Counted from the stretch's first letter, positions 39,001 through 50,053 are shown. The stretch: DNA of 64,000 bases from an uncultured Haloferula sp. (GCA_965652295.1 CBFGTS010000004.1:1-64000), one strand, 5' to 3'. Notes: generated by a model not told the origin, from the sequence alone. Numbers and translations: made by a program.

Positions 39001-40673
39001 GGAGCGTTGCGTTGTTCGTTGCGGATGAAGCAGAAGGTGCCGACGGCAAAAAGGACGGCCAGGAAACCGAGCCCGACCCAAGCAGCGACGCCCTGCCAAC
39101 CGGGAGCACTGGTTTTTCCATGGAGCACCCAGACGGAGCCGGAGGTGGAGACGCCGGTGGCGAGGATCATGAGGAGATTCCAGCGGATGCGGCGAGCACC
39201 GGTCGGACGTTGATCGCCGAGGATGCGGCGGGAGTTCATCATCAGTAGGAAAGTGAAGTAGGCGATGGGGATGAGCGATCCGCCGATGACCGAGGTGGGG
39301 ACGGCGAGGAAAGCCTTCGATTCGCCGGTCCAGAACAGCGGATAAAACGCGCCGGAGAGGCCGGAAAGGGCGCAGCCGGCGAAGAAGAGCTTGTTCGAGC
39401 GGGTGGTTTCCGGTTGAAGCTTCGGGTCTTTGGACGAGAAGGCTTCCACGAAGGCGGTGCCGTTCATCAGCATCAGGATGACGATGGTGGAGAGAGCCAT
39501 GCCGAGCACGCCGATGCCGAAGATCTTCTGCGCGATCACCGGCCCGGCGAAGGGTTCAAGCGTAATGGCCAGGGCGTTGGCATCGCGGTTCACCAGCATG
39601 GCGGCGAGCGTGCGGTCGGCCTCCGGCAGCGCGGCGAGCGCTGTTTCGGTGAATGCGAGCGAATCGTCCGGATCCACCGCGCCGTAGCTGGCAACGGCCT
39701 CGGTGACGGCGGGCAGGGTCAGCAGCATGTCGCGCCCGCCTCCTTCCGGCAGGTCGGCGGTTTTGGCGTGAAACGAGGCCGCGGCGGCGATCACGACGCA
39801 GGAGGTGGCGAGGAAAAAGGGGATGAAAAGGCCGATCGATAGATCCGTGATGGACAGCCCGCGGTGACGCTTGCCCCAGCGCTTCTTGAGCAGCGTGTAG
39901 GGCAGCAGGAAGGTCATGTTGATCCCCACGGCGGTGCCGAAGGCGGTGATGATGATGTCCCGCTGGTCGTCGGTGATCCGCTTCGCCCACCAGGCGGGAT
40001 CGGACGAGGCCGCGATCAGCTCGGCGTAACCCGCGGCGGGGCGGGAGAGCAGGGTGAAATCCGGCAGAAATCCGCGGCCGACCGCGCCCCAATCGAGCTG
40101 GCCGGATTTCGTGAGGGCGATGACGACGGCGAAGAAGGAGAGCACGATGATGCCGACCATGATCTTGATGATCAGGTCGAATGCCTTCGCCGCGCCGCCG
40201 CCGGATTGGTAGAGCCAGTTGACGCCCATGCCGGTGAGGAAAAGCACGACGGAGATGGCGGGAACCGGAATGCCGTCGGAGAATAGGTTTTGTTGGATGG
40301 CCGCGGACGCCAGCGAGAACTGGGGCATGATCCAGACCATGTTGGCGAGGATGGTGGCGGCGAGCCACGACCAGCCGAGCAGTGGGTGGAGGTGGCGGTT
40401 GATCTCGTGAAACGGACGCCGTCCGGTACTAAGGGTGACGTAGGCGATGGCCGACAGCATGATGATGCCGCAGATCATGGCGAGCGGCTGGAGCCACATG
40501 AGGCCGAAGCCGGCGATGACGCCGAGGTAGAGTGCCCCGGCCAGCGAGCCGCCGCCGAGGGTGATGGCTCCCTGCAACCAGCCGGGGCCGGACAGGCGGG
40601 CGTAGATCAGGAATTTTCCGAGCGGCCCTTTGGTCTGGGCTGCATCGAGGAGCTGGATTTCGCGGTCGGGCAT
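38997..40673 (-). CDS. Nramp-like (APC/LeuT fold) transporter
   Basis: GPGWLQGAITLGGGS TM1, about 12 hydrophobic segments, GTAVGINMTFL; ATGA-coupled to the oxidoreductase. Confidence 0.75.
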   Translation of the reverse strand: MPDREIQLLDAAQTKGPLGKFLIYARLSGPGWLQGAITLGGGSLAGALYLGVIAGFGLMWLQPLAMICGIIMLSAIAYVTLSTGRRPFHEINRHLHPLLGWSWLAATILANMVWIMPQFSLASAAIQQNLFSDGIPVPAISVVLFLTGMGVNWLYQSGGGAAKAFDLIIKIMVGIIVLSFFAVVIALTKSGQLDWGAVGRGFLPDFTLLSRPAAGYAELIAASSDPAWWAKRITDDQRDIIITAFGTAVGINMTFLLPYTLLKKRWGKRHRGLSITDLSIGLFIPFFLATSCVVIAAAASFHAKTADLPEGGGRDMLLTLPAVTEAVASYGAVDPDDSLAFTETALAALPEADRTLAAMLVNRDANALAITLEPFAGPVIAQKIFGIGVLGMALSTIVILMLMNGTAFVEAFSSKDPKLQPETTRSNKLFFAGCALSGLSGAFYPLFWTGESKAFLAVPTSVIGGSLIPIAYFTFLLMMNSRRILGDQRPTGARRIRWNLLMILATGVSTSGSVWVLHGKTSAPGWQGVAAWVGLGFLAVLFAVGTFCFIRNEQRNAP

Positions 40674-40692
40674 GGAATTCGGAGGTGAAAGC

Positions 40693-41508
40693 TCAGGAGC
40701 CGAAGAATCGGCGGAGGTTCTCCCGGCTGAGGCGGGCGATCTCGTGCGGAGAGGGATCATATTTGAAAACCTCCACCGAGATCCAGCCATCGTAGCCGGT
40801 GTCACGGAGGGCTTCGGCGATCGGACGGTAATCCACCTCGCCCATGCCGGGACCATAGAGGTTGGGATCGTTGGCGTGGAAGTGGGCGGTCCAGTCGTGG
40901 CTGGCGCGGATCACGTCGGAAATACTGGAGTCTTCGTAGCTCATCGCCTTAACGTCGAGATGGAGCTTGCAGGCGGGATGATCAACGGCTTGGCACAGCC
41001 GGATCGTCTCCGCCGCGCTGGTGAGGAAATTCGTTTCCACCGCGCCGAGCGGCTCCATGGCGAGGGTGATGCCGAGCGGTCCGCAGTGTTCGGCGACCTG
41101 CCGCAGAACCTGGGTGGCGCGGGCGAACGAGGCCTCGTAGTCCCAGCCCGGCTCCAGCGAGCGTTGCTGGGGGCTGCCCCAAACCATGATTTTCCCGCCC
41201 AGATGGTGGCACAGGTCAGCGAGCCGCTTGGCGTAATCGGCGGTGGCTTGGAGGACCTGCGGATCGGGCGAGGTCAGGTGGTAACCCGCGGTTTTTGCCA
41301 GCAGCCAATGGAGGCCGACGACCTCCAGCCCGGCGTCGTGCACTTGGCGACCGAGTTCGAAGGCCGCCTCCGCCGTGATCAATGTCGGATCCGCAGCGAG
41401 CGTGAAGGGCGCGATCTCCAGGCCCGTGTAGCCATCGGCCGCGGCGAGGCGGGCGGATTCGGCCAGCGAGAGATCGCCGTAGGTCTCGTTGCAGATGGCG
41501 AAGCGCAT
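40693..41508 (-). CDS. Sugar phosphate isomerase/epimerase (ketose 3-epimerase-like)
   Basis: AICNE, GLEIAP, LAMEPL...ETNF, LHLD, HFHAND, GPGMG, SVEVF. Confidence 0.88.
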   Translation of the reverse strand: MRFAICNETYGDLSLAESARLAAADGYTGLEIAPFTLAADPTLITAEAAFELGRQVHDAGLEVVGLHWLLAKTAGYHLTSPDPQVLQATADYAKRLADLCHHLGGKIMVWGSPQQRSLEPGWDYEASFARATQVLRQVAEHCGPLGITLAMEPLGAVETNFLTSAAETIRLCQAVDHPACKLHLDVKAMSYEDSSISDVIRASHDWTAHFHANDPNLYGPGMGEVDYRPIAEALRDTGYDGWISVEVFKYDPSPHEIARLSRENLRRFFGS

Positions 41509-42158
41509 CACAGCTCCTTGATCCGCAGGTTCCGCCAGCGCACGTGGCAGGACTTCCCGGAGTGGACCTGGAGCGCGAAAAAGCCCTCGGGCGTGAACTC
41601 AGCGGCTTCGTCGGTGTAATCGACGCGCAGCTCACCATTGAGCCAGATCTTGATCTGACGGTCCTTGCAGGCGATTCGGATCTCGTTCCAATCGCTCCAC
41701 TCGAACAGTTGCTTGCCCTGCTTGGTGAAAGCCTTCTCGGCTTCGGGATCACCCTTCACCGGGACCAGCCAGCCGCGGCGGGCCTCGTCGTAAAGCCCGG
41801 CGGTCCAAGCGCGCTTGCGGTCGTTGTCGTGCTCGCACTGGTAGCCGTAAACGCGACCGTCCGCGCCGTCCTTCTGCAAGCCGCGGAACATCATGCCGGA
41901 ATTCCCGGAGAGGTCGTCGAACTTCATTTCGAAGCGGAAATCAAAGTCGCGGTAGGTCTTTTCGGTGCGCAGGAAGGTGTTGTTGGAGACGTTCTCGCCG
42001 GTGCCGACGATTTCGCCTTCCTCGACCTTGAACTCACCGGTGCCGTTGACCTTTTTCCAGCCGGTCAGGTCGGAGCCGTTGAAAAGCGGGGTGAAACCTT
42101 CCTCGGCCGCGAGGGCCATGGAAGCGAGGACGAAGGGAAGAAGGAGGTTGCGGAGCAT
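41508..42158 (-). CDS. DUF1080 (3-keto-disaccharide hydrolase family) secreted protein
   Basis: Signal peptide; [46 protein letters not shown]. Confidence 0.92.
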   Translation of the reverse strand: MLRNLLLPFVLASMALAAEEGFTPLFNGSDLTGWKKVNGTGEFKVEEGEIVGTGENVSNNTFLRTEKTYRDFDFRFEMKFDDLSGNSGMMFRGLQKDGADGRVYGYQCEHDNDRKRAWTAGLYDEARRGWLVPVKGDPEAEKAFTKQGKQLFEWSDWNEIRIACKDRQIKIWLNGELRVDYTDEAAEFTPEGFFALQVHSGKSCHVRWRNLRIKEL

Positions 42159-42283
42159 GGCGATCGACTGAGTCATCCGCTACGTCACCCCGCCTCGGCA
42201 AGCTTTCATTTGTATGACAGCTTGATTGGAGGGGTGAGGATTTTTGTCCCCTTTTCCCGATCGGCGGCGGATTCTTTGCAGTG

Positions 42284-44197
42284 ATGAGTGACTCCGATCA
42301 GGACCTGTTGCACCGGTATCTTCGCGAGAGGGATCAGTCGGCCTTCCGGATGCTGGTGGAACGCCATCTGGCCTTCGTCCACGGGGTGGCGCGTCGAGTG
42401 ACGGGAAATGCAGCAATGGCTGAGGATGTCGCGCAGCAGGTGTTCGTGCGGATGGCCCGGGGAGCCGGGGGTATTCCGAGGGATCTGGCGCTCGCCGCGT
42501 GGTTGCACCGGGTCACCCGGCATCTGGCGATCGACCTGGTTCGCTCGGAATCCCGCCGAAGAACGCGCGAAACACGATTCGAATCCTCCACCGCCATGAC
42601 TGCTCCTGACTCGTCTGACTGGAAAATGATCGCTCCCGTGATCGATGAGTTGGTGGATCGGTTGCCGGGAAAGGACCGGGATATCGTGTTGTTGCGGTAT
42701 TTTGAAGGGCGGACTCATCGCGAGATCGCGTGCCGGCTTGGGATCAGCGAAGAGGCAGCCAAGAAGCGGTCGATGAGGGCACTTGAGAAGCTGCGCGGAA
42801 TGCTCGGCCATCGCGGAATCGCATCAATGGGAACGGCGCTTGCGACCTTGCTTCCTGCTCATGCGTGCACGGTGGCTCCGTCTTCGCTCTTGAGCGGTGT
42901 GCTTGCTGCGGGGCAGGCCGCAGTCCCCGGATCCTCTTTGGTTTTCAACACTCAGCACCTCATGACCTCCACTCAAAAAGCAACCGTCGCCTCCGCTGCT
43001 CTCATCTTCCTTGGTTCGGCTGGGTATGCTCTGAGACCTGCAAGTTCAGTCGATGGCCCCAATGGGTTCACTGGAGGCGGCAGGGACCAAGTTGCCGTCC
43101 ACGAGCATCCGTCAAAAATGGCGGAGCGCGTGTTCGCGGAACTTTCGGCCGCCGATCGTATGGAGCGAATCCGCCGAATATTGGCAATCGATGACTCTTA
43201 CGAGCGACTGGCTGAGACGCTGGATTTCGTTTCCTGGATCAAACCCTCCCAGTTCGGGGAAACGTTGGATCAGGTGAGATCGTTCGAGGGAGTCCCAGCG
43301 GCGGAACTGGAGAAATATCTCCTCGCAAGCTGGGCGAAAGTCGAACCGCGGGGTGCGGCGGAGTGGGCCATGGAGCGGGACGCGTTTCCCGAAGATTTTT
43401 TCAAATGGTGGGCTGAGGTGGATGCCGACGAGGCCATGGATTGGATCATGCGGGAAATGCCCGAAGCACTCGGGGACGAGTGGTCGTTCCGCCGTCACTT
43501 GGTCAGTCTTTTGAGCATGGTGGCGTCCAAGGACCCATCGAAGGCGGTGGAGCTGATCGGGAGGGTTACGGAGATCGGGAAAAGGGAGCGACTGCTGGTA
43601 GCGATTGGAGCTCAGTTGAAGTCCGAGGGACCGGATGCGTATGAAGCCTTGGTGGCAACCGTGGAAGCGGGGCCTGAACGATCCGCTTTGATCGAAGATG
43701 GTGCCAGCTGGATGATTCAAAATGGACGTGCGCTAACGGCCCATGATTGGTTCGCGAACAATGAGATGCTGCGGAAGGAGCTGCGGGTGCGGGACACTTT
43801 TCGGAACGCCTGCATTTTTGCTCCTCGCGATGTTTTTGATCAACTCAAGCTGTTGCCGGATGGGCCGCTGAAAGACGAGGCAGTAGCGGGAGTGTGCTTG
43901 GCAAGCGTTCAACAGATTCCGCTCAACGAACTCTTCGATCTGTTGGAGCAACACCCGGCCGTGAACTCCGATGAAGTGATCGGTGGAATGATCGACGAAT
44001 TGCCTTACCCCGACCGATTCCGGGAATTGTGGCGCGTGAACGATCCCAAGTATCGCGAAGAGCTGCAGGAAGCCGCATTGATCAGCTGGGCGACGGGGCT
44101 TCCAGAGGTGGTGAAGGAATGGATGGAGGAACATCCGGTTTCCGACGTGGTGCGGGCAAGGGTGCTGGAGGCCATCGAACAAAAACGCGAGCCATGA
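42284..44197 (+). CDS. ECF sigma-70 factor with TM helix and long helical C-terminal extension
   Basis: SDQDLL.RY....DQSAF..LVERH, AEDVAQQVF, LAAWL, LLRYFEG....EIA..LGISEEAAKKR..RALEKLR; TM near aa 235-250; repeats WA..(E/D)P..A..W. Confidence 0.88.
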   Translation: MSDSDQDLLHRYLRERDQSAFRMLVERHLAFVHGVARRVTGNAAMAEDVAQQVFVRMARGAGGIPRDLALAAWLHRVTRHLAIDLVRSESRRRTRETRFESSTAMTAPDSSDWKMIAPVIDELVDRLPGKDRDIVLLRYFEGRTHREIACRLGISEEAAKKRSMRALEKLRGMLGHRGIASMGTALATLLPAHACTVAPSSLLSGVLAAGQAAVPGSSLVFNTQHLMTSTQKATVASAALIFLGSAGYALRPASSVDGPNGFTGGGRDQVAVHEHPSKMAERVFAELSAADRMERIRRILAIDDSYERLAETLDFVSWIKPSQFGETLDQVRSFEGVPAAELEKYLLASWAKVEPRGAAEWAMERDAFPEDFFKWWAEVDADEAMDWIMREMPEALGDEWSFRRHLVSLLSMVASKDPSKAVELIGRVTEIGKRERLLVAIGAQLKSEGPDAYEALVATVEAGPERSALIEDGASWMIQNGRALTAHDWFANNEMLRKELRVRDTFRNACIFAPRDVFDQLKLLPDGPLKDEAVAGVCLASVQQIPLNELFDLLEQHPAVNSDEVIGGMIDELPYPDRFRELWRVNDPKYREELQEAALISWATGLPEVVKEWMEEHPVSDVVRARVLEAIEQKREP

Positions 44198-45411
44198 GAC
44201 CGGAAACACTTACAACGTGGGTGGTGGCGGCGCTTTTAGCCGCTTCCGCGGGATCGCTAGGCATTCGTCAGGCGATCGAGAGTCGGGCGCGGACGGAATC
44301 TGGTTCTGAGGAAGGGGGGCCGTCACGAACATCCTTCGCCCGTCCCGACTCCGGGCGGTTCGGCGACCGCCGGGAGGTTCTCCTTGAGACGGAGGATGTG
44401 GACGACAGGCTGAAATGGGCAGTTTCAAACCGCAATCCGGCGGACCGGATGCGCGCGCTGATCGAATTGACGCGGGAGTTTGATCCCGAGGATTGGCCGA
44501 TGGCTCTCGAGACTCTCGGTCGCCTGCTTCATGTGGGGGAGGGCGCAGAGTTTCACCTGGTGCTTGCGGGATGGATCCGGACCGACCGCGATGCGGCCTG
44601 GGAGTGGGCGCAGGCGAACGAACGTGGACAAAATGCAGTGATCCAAGACTGGGCACGCGAAGATCCGGCCGGTGCGGTGGCGGCGATTCTCGAAGCGGAG
44701 ATCGGAGACAAGACACGCCGAAGTCGCTTGTTTCAGAATGCGTTGACGGCCGTCTTCGGCAATGTGGATCGGTATTTCGAGGCGTATCATGCGATCCCGG
44801 AAGACCAACGGTGGGAGGTGTTGTCGCCGATCACCTTGCCGCGCGTGGAATTCACCGAGGCGGCGTGCCGTGAGTGGTTTGAGCGTTTCGGAGCCGAGGA
44901 CCGGGAGAGGTTTTTAAAGGCAACCGTCCGGCTTACGGATGACCTCGAAATGAAGAGGAGATGGATCGCGGCCTATCCGGGTGACCTTCCACCTCAGGTC
45001 CATGTCTCAGTCTATGAAAAATGGGTGGATGAGGATCCCGATCAAGCGCTGGCTTCCCTTGAGAACCTTGAGGACGCGGAAGCGAAGAAGTGGGCGAGCT
45101 ATGGTGCGGCGAGGTGGCTGATTGGAAAGGGTGACTTCGAACGAGGATACGAGGTGGCCAACCGCGGGGAGTTGGACGACTCGTTGAGATGGGATCTACT
45201 TCAGGGACCCGGGCCCGGAAGTCCCGAGGAATGGGGACTGCTCTTGGATCAAGGGCGCCGCTTTCACGACCAAGGGCGATGGCTCCGATTTTCCCAACAG
45301 ATGCTGTCTGAATGGAACCGCAAGGACGCCAAAGCGGCGGCCGAATGGATGGCTGGGCATGAAGTGCCCGATCTTGTCCGCCGCGAGATCGAGGCTCAGA
45401 ACCGCAAGTGA
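44194..45411 (+). CDS. Hypothetical membrane-anchored helical-repeat protein resembling the ECF C-terminal extension
   Basis: ATGA overlap; N-terminal hydrophobic anchor; repeats W...D..AA..W; ends AAEWMAGHEVPDLVRREI like VKEWMEEHPVSDVVRARV. Confidence 0.75.
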   Translation: MRPETLTTWVVAALLAASAGSLGIRQAIESRARTESGSEEGGPSRTSFARPDSGRFGDRREVLLETEDVDDRLKWAVSNRNPADRMRALIELTREFDPEDWPMALETLGRLLHVGEGAEFHLVLAGWIRTDRDAAWEWAQANERGQNAVIQDWAREDPAGAVAAILEAEIGDKTRRSRLFQNALTAVFGNVDRYFEAYHAIPEDQRWEVLSPITLPRVEFTEAACREWFERFGAEDRERFLKATVRLTDDLEMKRRWIAAYPGDLPPQVHVSVYEKWVDEDPDQALASLENLEDAEAKKWASYGAARWLIGKGDFERGYEVANRGELDDSLRWDLLQGPGPGSPEEWGLLLDQGRRFHDQGRWLRFSQQMLSEWNRKDAKAAAEWMAGHEVPDLVRREIEAQNRK

Positions 45412-45423
45412 GTGGGCTTCGGG

Positions 45424-47058
45424 TCAGGATGCCGTCACCGCGCTGCGGTCATCGTTGAGGCCGGATTTCTCGAGGAAATAGTCGTAGCCGCCGGTGTAGC
45501 GGGTCATGACGCTGTGCGTGTCATCGTCGGCGCGGGTGATGTGCAGGGTCGTTTCCGCGAGGTGGCGGATGAAGTGCACGTCGTGGGAGATGAAGACGAG
45601 CGTGCCTTCGTAGTCCTTGAGCGCGTTGACCAGCGAGTCGATCGAGAGGATGTCGAGGTGGGTCGTGGGTTCGTCCATCAGCAGCAGGTTGGGCGGATCG
45701 ACGAGGAATTTGACGAGGTTGAGACGGGATTTTTCACCACCGCTCAGAATACCGCAGCGTTTCTCGACATCGGTCCGGCGGAAAAGGAAGGAACCGAGGA
45801 TGGCACGGGCGTCTTCCTCGCGCAGGGTCGGGCAGGAACCGAGAACTTCCTCAAGCACGGTGTTGTCCTCGTTGAGCGTCTCGGAGCGGTGCTGCGAGTA
45901 GTAGCCCATCTTGGTGAGGTAGCCGACCTCGCGCTTGCCTCCGGTGGGGTCGAGTTGGCCGCCGAGGAGCTTGAGCAGGGTGGATTTACCCGCGCCGTTG
46001 GGGCCGACGAGGACGATCTTGTCGCCGCGCTCGATGGTGAGGTCGAGGCCTTGGTAGATGACCTTTTCGTTGCCGTAGGCGAAATCGACTTTTTCCAGTT
46101 CGACGACCTTCTGGTTGGAGCGGGCCGGCTGGGGAAACTGGAACTTGAACGGCTTGCGGGGCGCGCGCGGTTTTTCGAGCTTGTCGATTTTTTCCACCAG
46201 CTTGATGCGCGACTGCACCTGCGCGGCCTTGGAGCCGACCTGGCGGAAGCGGTCGATGAATTCCTGGTGGCCGGCGATTTCCTTCTGCTGCGCGCGGTAG
46301 GCGTGGACCTTCTGGTCGTAGCGGGCTTCGCGCTGTTCGAGGTAGCTGGAGTAGTTCCCGGTGTAGGAAATAAGTTCCTGCATGTCGGGATCAATCTCGA
46401 CGACGGTCTCGACGATGGCGTCCATGAAATCGCGATCGTGCGAGATCATGAAGATGGCGCCGGGGTAGTTCGAGAGGTAGCGCTGGAACCAGAGGAGGGA
46501 AAGCAGGTCGAGGTGGTTGGTGGGCTCGTCGAGCATCAGCAGGTCGGGCTCCATGACGAGCAGGCGGGCGAGGTAGGCGCGCATGACCCAGCCGCCGGAG
46601 TATTCGCGGGCGGGCTTGTGGAAGTCGGCTTCCTTGTAGCCGAGACCGGCGAGGATCTTCTTGGCCTTGGGTTCGAGCTGGTAGCCGTTGTGCAGGTTGA
46701 ACTGGTCCTGGGCGTGGGCGTATTCGGTGGTGTCGATGGTGCCCGCCTTTTCGTGCTCCCGCATGGTGCGGAGGTAGTCGACCATTTCCGGATTCACCCC
46801 CATGGCGATCTCCAGCACGGTCTCATCGCCCGGGTCACCGGCTTCCTGATCGAGGCTGCCGGTGATGGCGTATTCGTCGCGATCGACGGTGCCGCTGTCG
46901 ATGTCCTCGATGCCGAGGATCATCTTGAAAAGCGTGGATTTCCCGGCGCCGTTCGGTCCGACGAGGGCGACGCGTTCGCCCCAGTTGATCGTCACGTCGG
47001 CATCACGGAAGAGAGTGCGGCCGCCGAGGGTTTTGGTGAGCTTGTGGATCGAGAGCAC
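45424..47058 (-). CDS. ABC-F family ATP-binding protein
   Basis: Two ABC domains (GPNGAGKST twice, SGGW/SGGE, LDEPTNHLD/MDEPTTHLD), no TM segments. Confidence 0.95.
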   Translation of the reverse strand: MLSIHKLTKTLGGRTLFRDADVTINWGERVALVGPNGAGKSTLFKMILGIEDIDSGTVDRDEYAITGSLDQEAGDPGDETVLEIAMGVNPEMVDYLRTMREHEKAGTIDTTEYAHAQDQFNLHNGYQLEPKAKKILAGLGYKEADFHKPAREYSGGWVMRAYLARLLVMEPDLLMLDEPTNHLDLLSLLWFQRYLSNYPGAIFMISHDRDFMDAIVETVVEIDPDMQELISYTGNYSSYLEQREARYDQKVHAYRAQQKEIAGHQEFIDRFRQVGSKAAQVQSRIKLVEKIDKLEKPRAPRKPFKFQFPQPARSNQKVVELEKVDFAYGNEKVIYQGLDLTIERGDKIVLVGPNGAGKSTLLKLLGGQLDPTGGKREVGYLTKMGYYSQHRSETLNEDNTVLEEVLGSCPTLREEDARAILGSFLFRRTDVEKRCGILSGGEKSRLNLVKFLVDPPNLLLMDEPTTHLDILSIDSLVNALKDYEGTLVFISHDVHFIRHLAETTLHITRADDDTHSVMTRYTGGYDYFLEKSGLNDDRSAVTAS

Positions 47059-47165
47059 GGGACCGGCGTAGGGTGGTTCGGGGGAAGATTCAACATTCAA
47101 CGAGGAATTTCCAATCGCCGGGAAGGCAACTTGAAGAAACGCGGCGGATCGTGGAGAAAGCGGGC

Positions 47166-48194
47166 GTGAATCGGCGAAACTGGTTGTGGCTGGCGGGCGG
47201 AGGCGTTCTCGGAGGGTGCATGCCCTTCGGAAAGGGCGGGGATCTGAGAAAATGGGACGGGGCGACGCTGGGGCGGGCGGATGAGGTGGCGCGATCCCGC
47301 GGCTGCCGCGGCTGGGGGGCGTGGCAGCACGGCACCCTGCGGAAATCCTGGCGAACGCACGAAAGTGGCCCGGTGATGAGCATCACCAAATCGCTCGCGA
47401 TGCTGGCCTGCGTGAAGGCAGCGGATGAGGGATGGCTTTCCGCCGGGGAGCAGGTGGCGGAGACGATTCCGGAGTGGCAGGGGATCGAGGGCAAGCAGGA
47501 CATCACGATCGGGATGCTGCTCCAGATGACCGCAGGCCTCGATGAGGGGGTGGCGGCGCTTTATCGTGCTCGTCCGAAGGACAAAGGGGCGGTGGCGATC
47601 GGCCTGCCGCTACGGGATCTGCCGGGATCGAGGTTCCGGTATGGTCCGGCGTGCTGGGAACTGATTGGCGAGGTGTTGCGGCGGAAGTGCGCCGCTCGGG
47701 GGACGACGACCCGGCGCTTCATTCACTCGGCGGTGATGCGTCCGATCGGGCTGACCGCGGGAACCTGGAAGTCGGACGGCTCGGATCATGACTACCTTTC
47801 GACCGGTGCCGAGCTGACGGTGACCGGGCTGGGCCGGCTTGGGAGAACCTTGGCAGAGCTGCTTTCGGGCAACGATGCGGCAGGCCTGAGTGCGGGGAAC
47901 TTCCGGGAAATGACGCGGACTTCGCGGGCGAATCCGATGTTCGGTGGTGGCTTGTGGCGGAACCGGGCGGCTTCGCTGGGGCGGGAGGTGGAGGTGGAGG
48001 ATGTGCTCGATCAACCGCGACCGCCGGCTTTCTGGGCGGGGGCCTGCCTGTCCTCCAAGCAACCCGCTTCCATGGTGGCTCTCATCGGGTCCTCCGGTCA
48101 GCGCGTTTTCGTGTGGCCGACCGCTGGCCGTGTGGTGGCGCGGCTGGGTTACTCGGCGAGCTGGAAGGACCGGCCGTTCCTGGCGGTGGTGTAG
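47166..48194 (+). CDS. Serine hydrolase (beta-lactamase-like) with Tat/lipoprotein signal
   Basis: NRRNWL...LGGC; SITK (SxxK), ITIGMLL.MTAGL, PGSRFRY. Confidence 0.8.
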   Translation: MNRRNWLWLAGGGVLGGCMPFGKGGDLRKWDGATLGRADEVARSRGCRGWGAWQHGTLRKSWRTHESGPVMSITKSLAMLACVKAADEGWLSAGEQVAETIPEWQGIEGKQDITIGMLLQMTAGLDEGVAALYRARPKDKGAVAIGLPLRDLPGSRFRYGPACWELIGEVLRRKCAARGTTTRRFIHSAVMRPIGLTAGTWKSDGSDHDYLSTGAELTVTGLGRLGRTLAELLSGNDAAGLSAGNFREMTRTSRANPMFGGGLWRNRAASLGREVEVEDVLDQPRPPAFWAGACLSSKQPASMVALIGSSGQRVFVWPTAGRVVARLGYSASWKDRPFLAVV

Positions 48195-48330
48195 GAGCGC
48201 CGATTATGAAATCGGCACGAATCACCTGTCTGGAGCGGGTGTCGAGGCACGCCGAAGCGAGCCCGCCCAGCTTCTCTCAAATCGACGGCATGGAGGGACC
48301 ACTCAGTGCCGATTTCACAATCGGCGCTCC
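48194..48330. repeat. Inverted pair of 25-bp REP-like elements between convergent genes
   Basis: GGAGCGCCGATTATGAAATCGGCAC (48194-48218) vs GTGCCGATTTCACAATCGGCGCTCC (48306-48330): 24/25 complementary, each internally palindromic. Confidence 0.75.
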
Positions 48331-48332
48331 AT

Positions 48333-49967
48333 TCAAGAGCAGGTCGGGCACTGGTTGATCTGCGTGAAGAAATCGTTGCCTTTGTCATCGACGAGGATGA
48401 AGGCGGGGAAATTCTCCACGGTGATCTTCCAGACGGCTTCCATGCCGAGTTCGGGGAAAGCGACGACTTCCTGGCTTTTGATGTGGTTCTTGGCCAGCAG
48501 CGCGGCGGGTCCGCCGGCGGAGCCGAGGTAGAATCCGCCGTGCGCCTTGCAAGCGTCGGTGACCTGCTTGGAGCGATTGCCCTTGGCCAGCATCACCATC
48601 GAGCCGCCGTTCTCCTGAAAGAGACCCACGTAGCTGTCCATCCTCCCAGCCGTGGTCGGACCGAAGGAACCGGAGGGCATGCCTTCAGGTGTTTTCGCAG
48701 GACCGGCGTAGTAGACCGGGTAGTTCTTGATGTAGTCGGGCAGGTCGCCCTCCCGTTCGAGGATCTCCTTGAGCTTCGCGTGGGCGATGTCGCGGGCGAC
48801 GATGATGGTGCCGCTGAGCGAGAGCGGCGTGGTCACGGGGTATTTGGTGAGTGTCTTCAGCGTTTCCTCCATGCCCTTGTCGAGGTCGATCTCGACGCCC
48901 TTGAATTTCCAGTCGCGGTATTTCTCCGGGATGAAGCGCCCCGGGTTCTTTTCGAGTTTTTCGATGAAAATCCCGTCCTTGGTGATCTTGGCCTTGGCCT
49001 GGCGGTCGGCGGAGCACGAAACGCCGAGTCCGACGGGACACGAGGCACCGTGGCGGGGAAGGCGGACGACGCGGACGTCGAGGGCGAAATACTTGCCGCC
49101 GAACTGGGCTCCAATGCCCGAAGCGCGCGCCATTTCGAGTAGCTCCTTCTCCATCTCCAGGTCGCGGAAGGCGCGGCCGTGCTCGTTTCCCGAGGTCGGA
49201 AGCTCGTCGTAGTATTTGGTCGAGGCGAGCTTGACGGTCTTGAGGTTGTTCTCAGCGGAGGTGCCGCCGATGACGAAGGCGATGTGGTAGGGCGGGCAGG
49301 CGGCGGTGCCCAAGGACTTCATTTTCTCCATGCAGAACTCCTTGAGTCGCCGGGGGTTCAGCAGCGCCTTGGTTTCCTGATAAAGGTAGGTCTTGTTGGC
49401 CGAGCCACCACCTTTGGTGACGAAGAGGAATTTATAGGCCGCGCCCTCCGTGGCGTAGAGATCGATCTGCGCGGGCAGGTTGGTGCGGGTGTTGACCTCC
49501 TCGTACACGGTGAGGGGGGCGGTCTGGGAGTAGCGGAGGTTTTCGCGGGTATAGGTCTCGTGGATGCCCTTGGAGAGAAACTCGGCATCGTTGCAACCGG
49601 TCCACACCTGTTGGCCTTTTTTCCCGACAATGGTCGCGGTCCCGGTGTCTTGGCAGAAGGGGAGAATGCCGTGGGCGGCGATCTCCGCGTTCTTGAGCAT
49701 CATCAGGGCGACCATGCGGTCGTTCTCCGAAGCGTCCGGATCGTCGAGAATCGCGGCGACCTGCGCGAGATGCGCGGGGCGTAGGGTGAAATTGATCGCC
49801 TTGATCGCTTCGCGGGCCAGCAAGGTGAGGCCCTCGGGCTCGATCTTGAGAACGGGCCGGCCGTCAAACTCGGCGATTGAAACGTGTTCGCTGGAAACGA
49901 GTTCGTATTCGGTGGGGTCGTCGCCAAGGGGAAAGGGATCCTGATAGACGAAGGGCTTCTCTGACAT
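48333..49967 (-). CDS. fumA: Fumarate hydratase class I
   Basis: [55 protein letters not shown]. Confidence 0.95.
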   Translation of the reverse strand: MSEKPFVYQDPFPLGDDPTEYELVSSEHVSIAEFDGRPVLKIEPEGLTLLAREAIKAINFTLRPAHLAQVAAILDDPDASENDRMVALMMLKNAEIAAHGILPFCQDTGTATIVGKKGQQVWTGCNDAEFLSKGIHETYTRENLRYSQTAPLTVYEEVNTRTNLPAQIDLYATEGAAYKFLFVTKGGGSANKTYLYQETKALLNPRRLKEFCMEKMKSLGTAACPPYHIAFVIGGTSAENNLKTVKLASTKYYDELPTSGNEHGRAFRDLEMEKELLEMARASGIGAQFGGKYFALDVRVVRLPRHGASCPVGLGVSCSADRQAKAKITKDGIFIEKLEKNPGRFIPEKYRDWKFKGVEIDLDKGMEETLKTLTKYPVTTPLSLSGTIIVARDIAHAKLKEILEREGDLPDYIKNYPVYYAGPAKTPEGMPSGSFGPTTAGRMDSYVGLFQENGGSMVMLAKGNRSKQVTDACKAHGGFYLGSAGGPAALLAKNHIKSQEVVAFPELGMEAVWKITVENFPAFILVDDKGNDFFTQINQCPTCS

Positions 49968-50053
49968 GCGGCCGAGCATAGATTTCCGCCGCGCGGCGTC
50001 CAGCGGATGAGAGGAAATGCCCGGTGGTTGTGGGAATGCGGGCAATGGTCGCG

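Noticed and set aside
47166..48194. Antibiotic-resistance beta-lactamase
   Set aside because: Only the SxxK fold signature is clear; class A/C motifs (SDN or YxN, KTG) are not conserved, so a generic serine hydrolase is the safer call.
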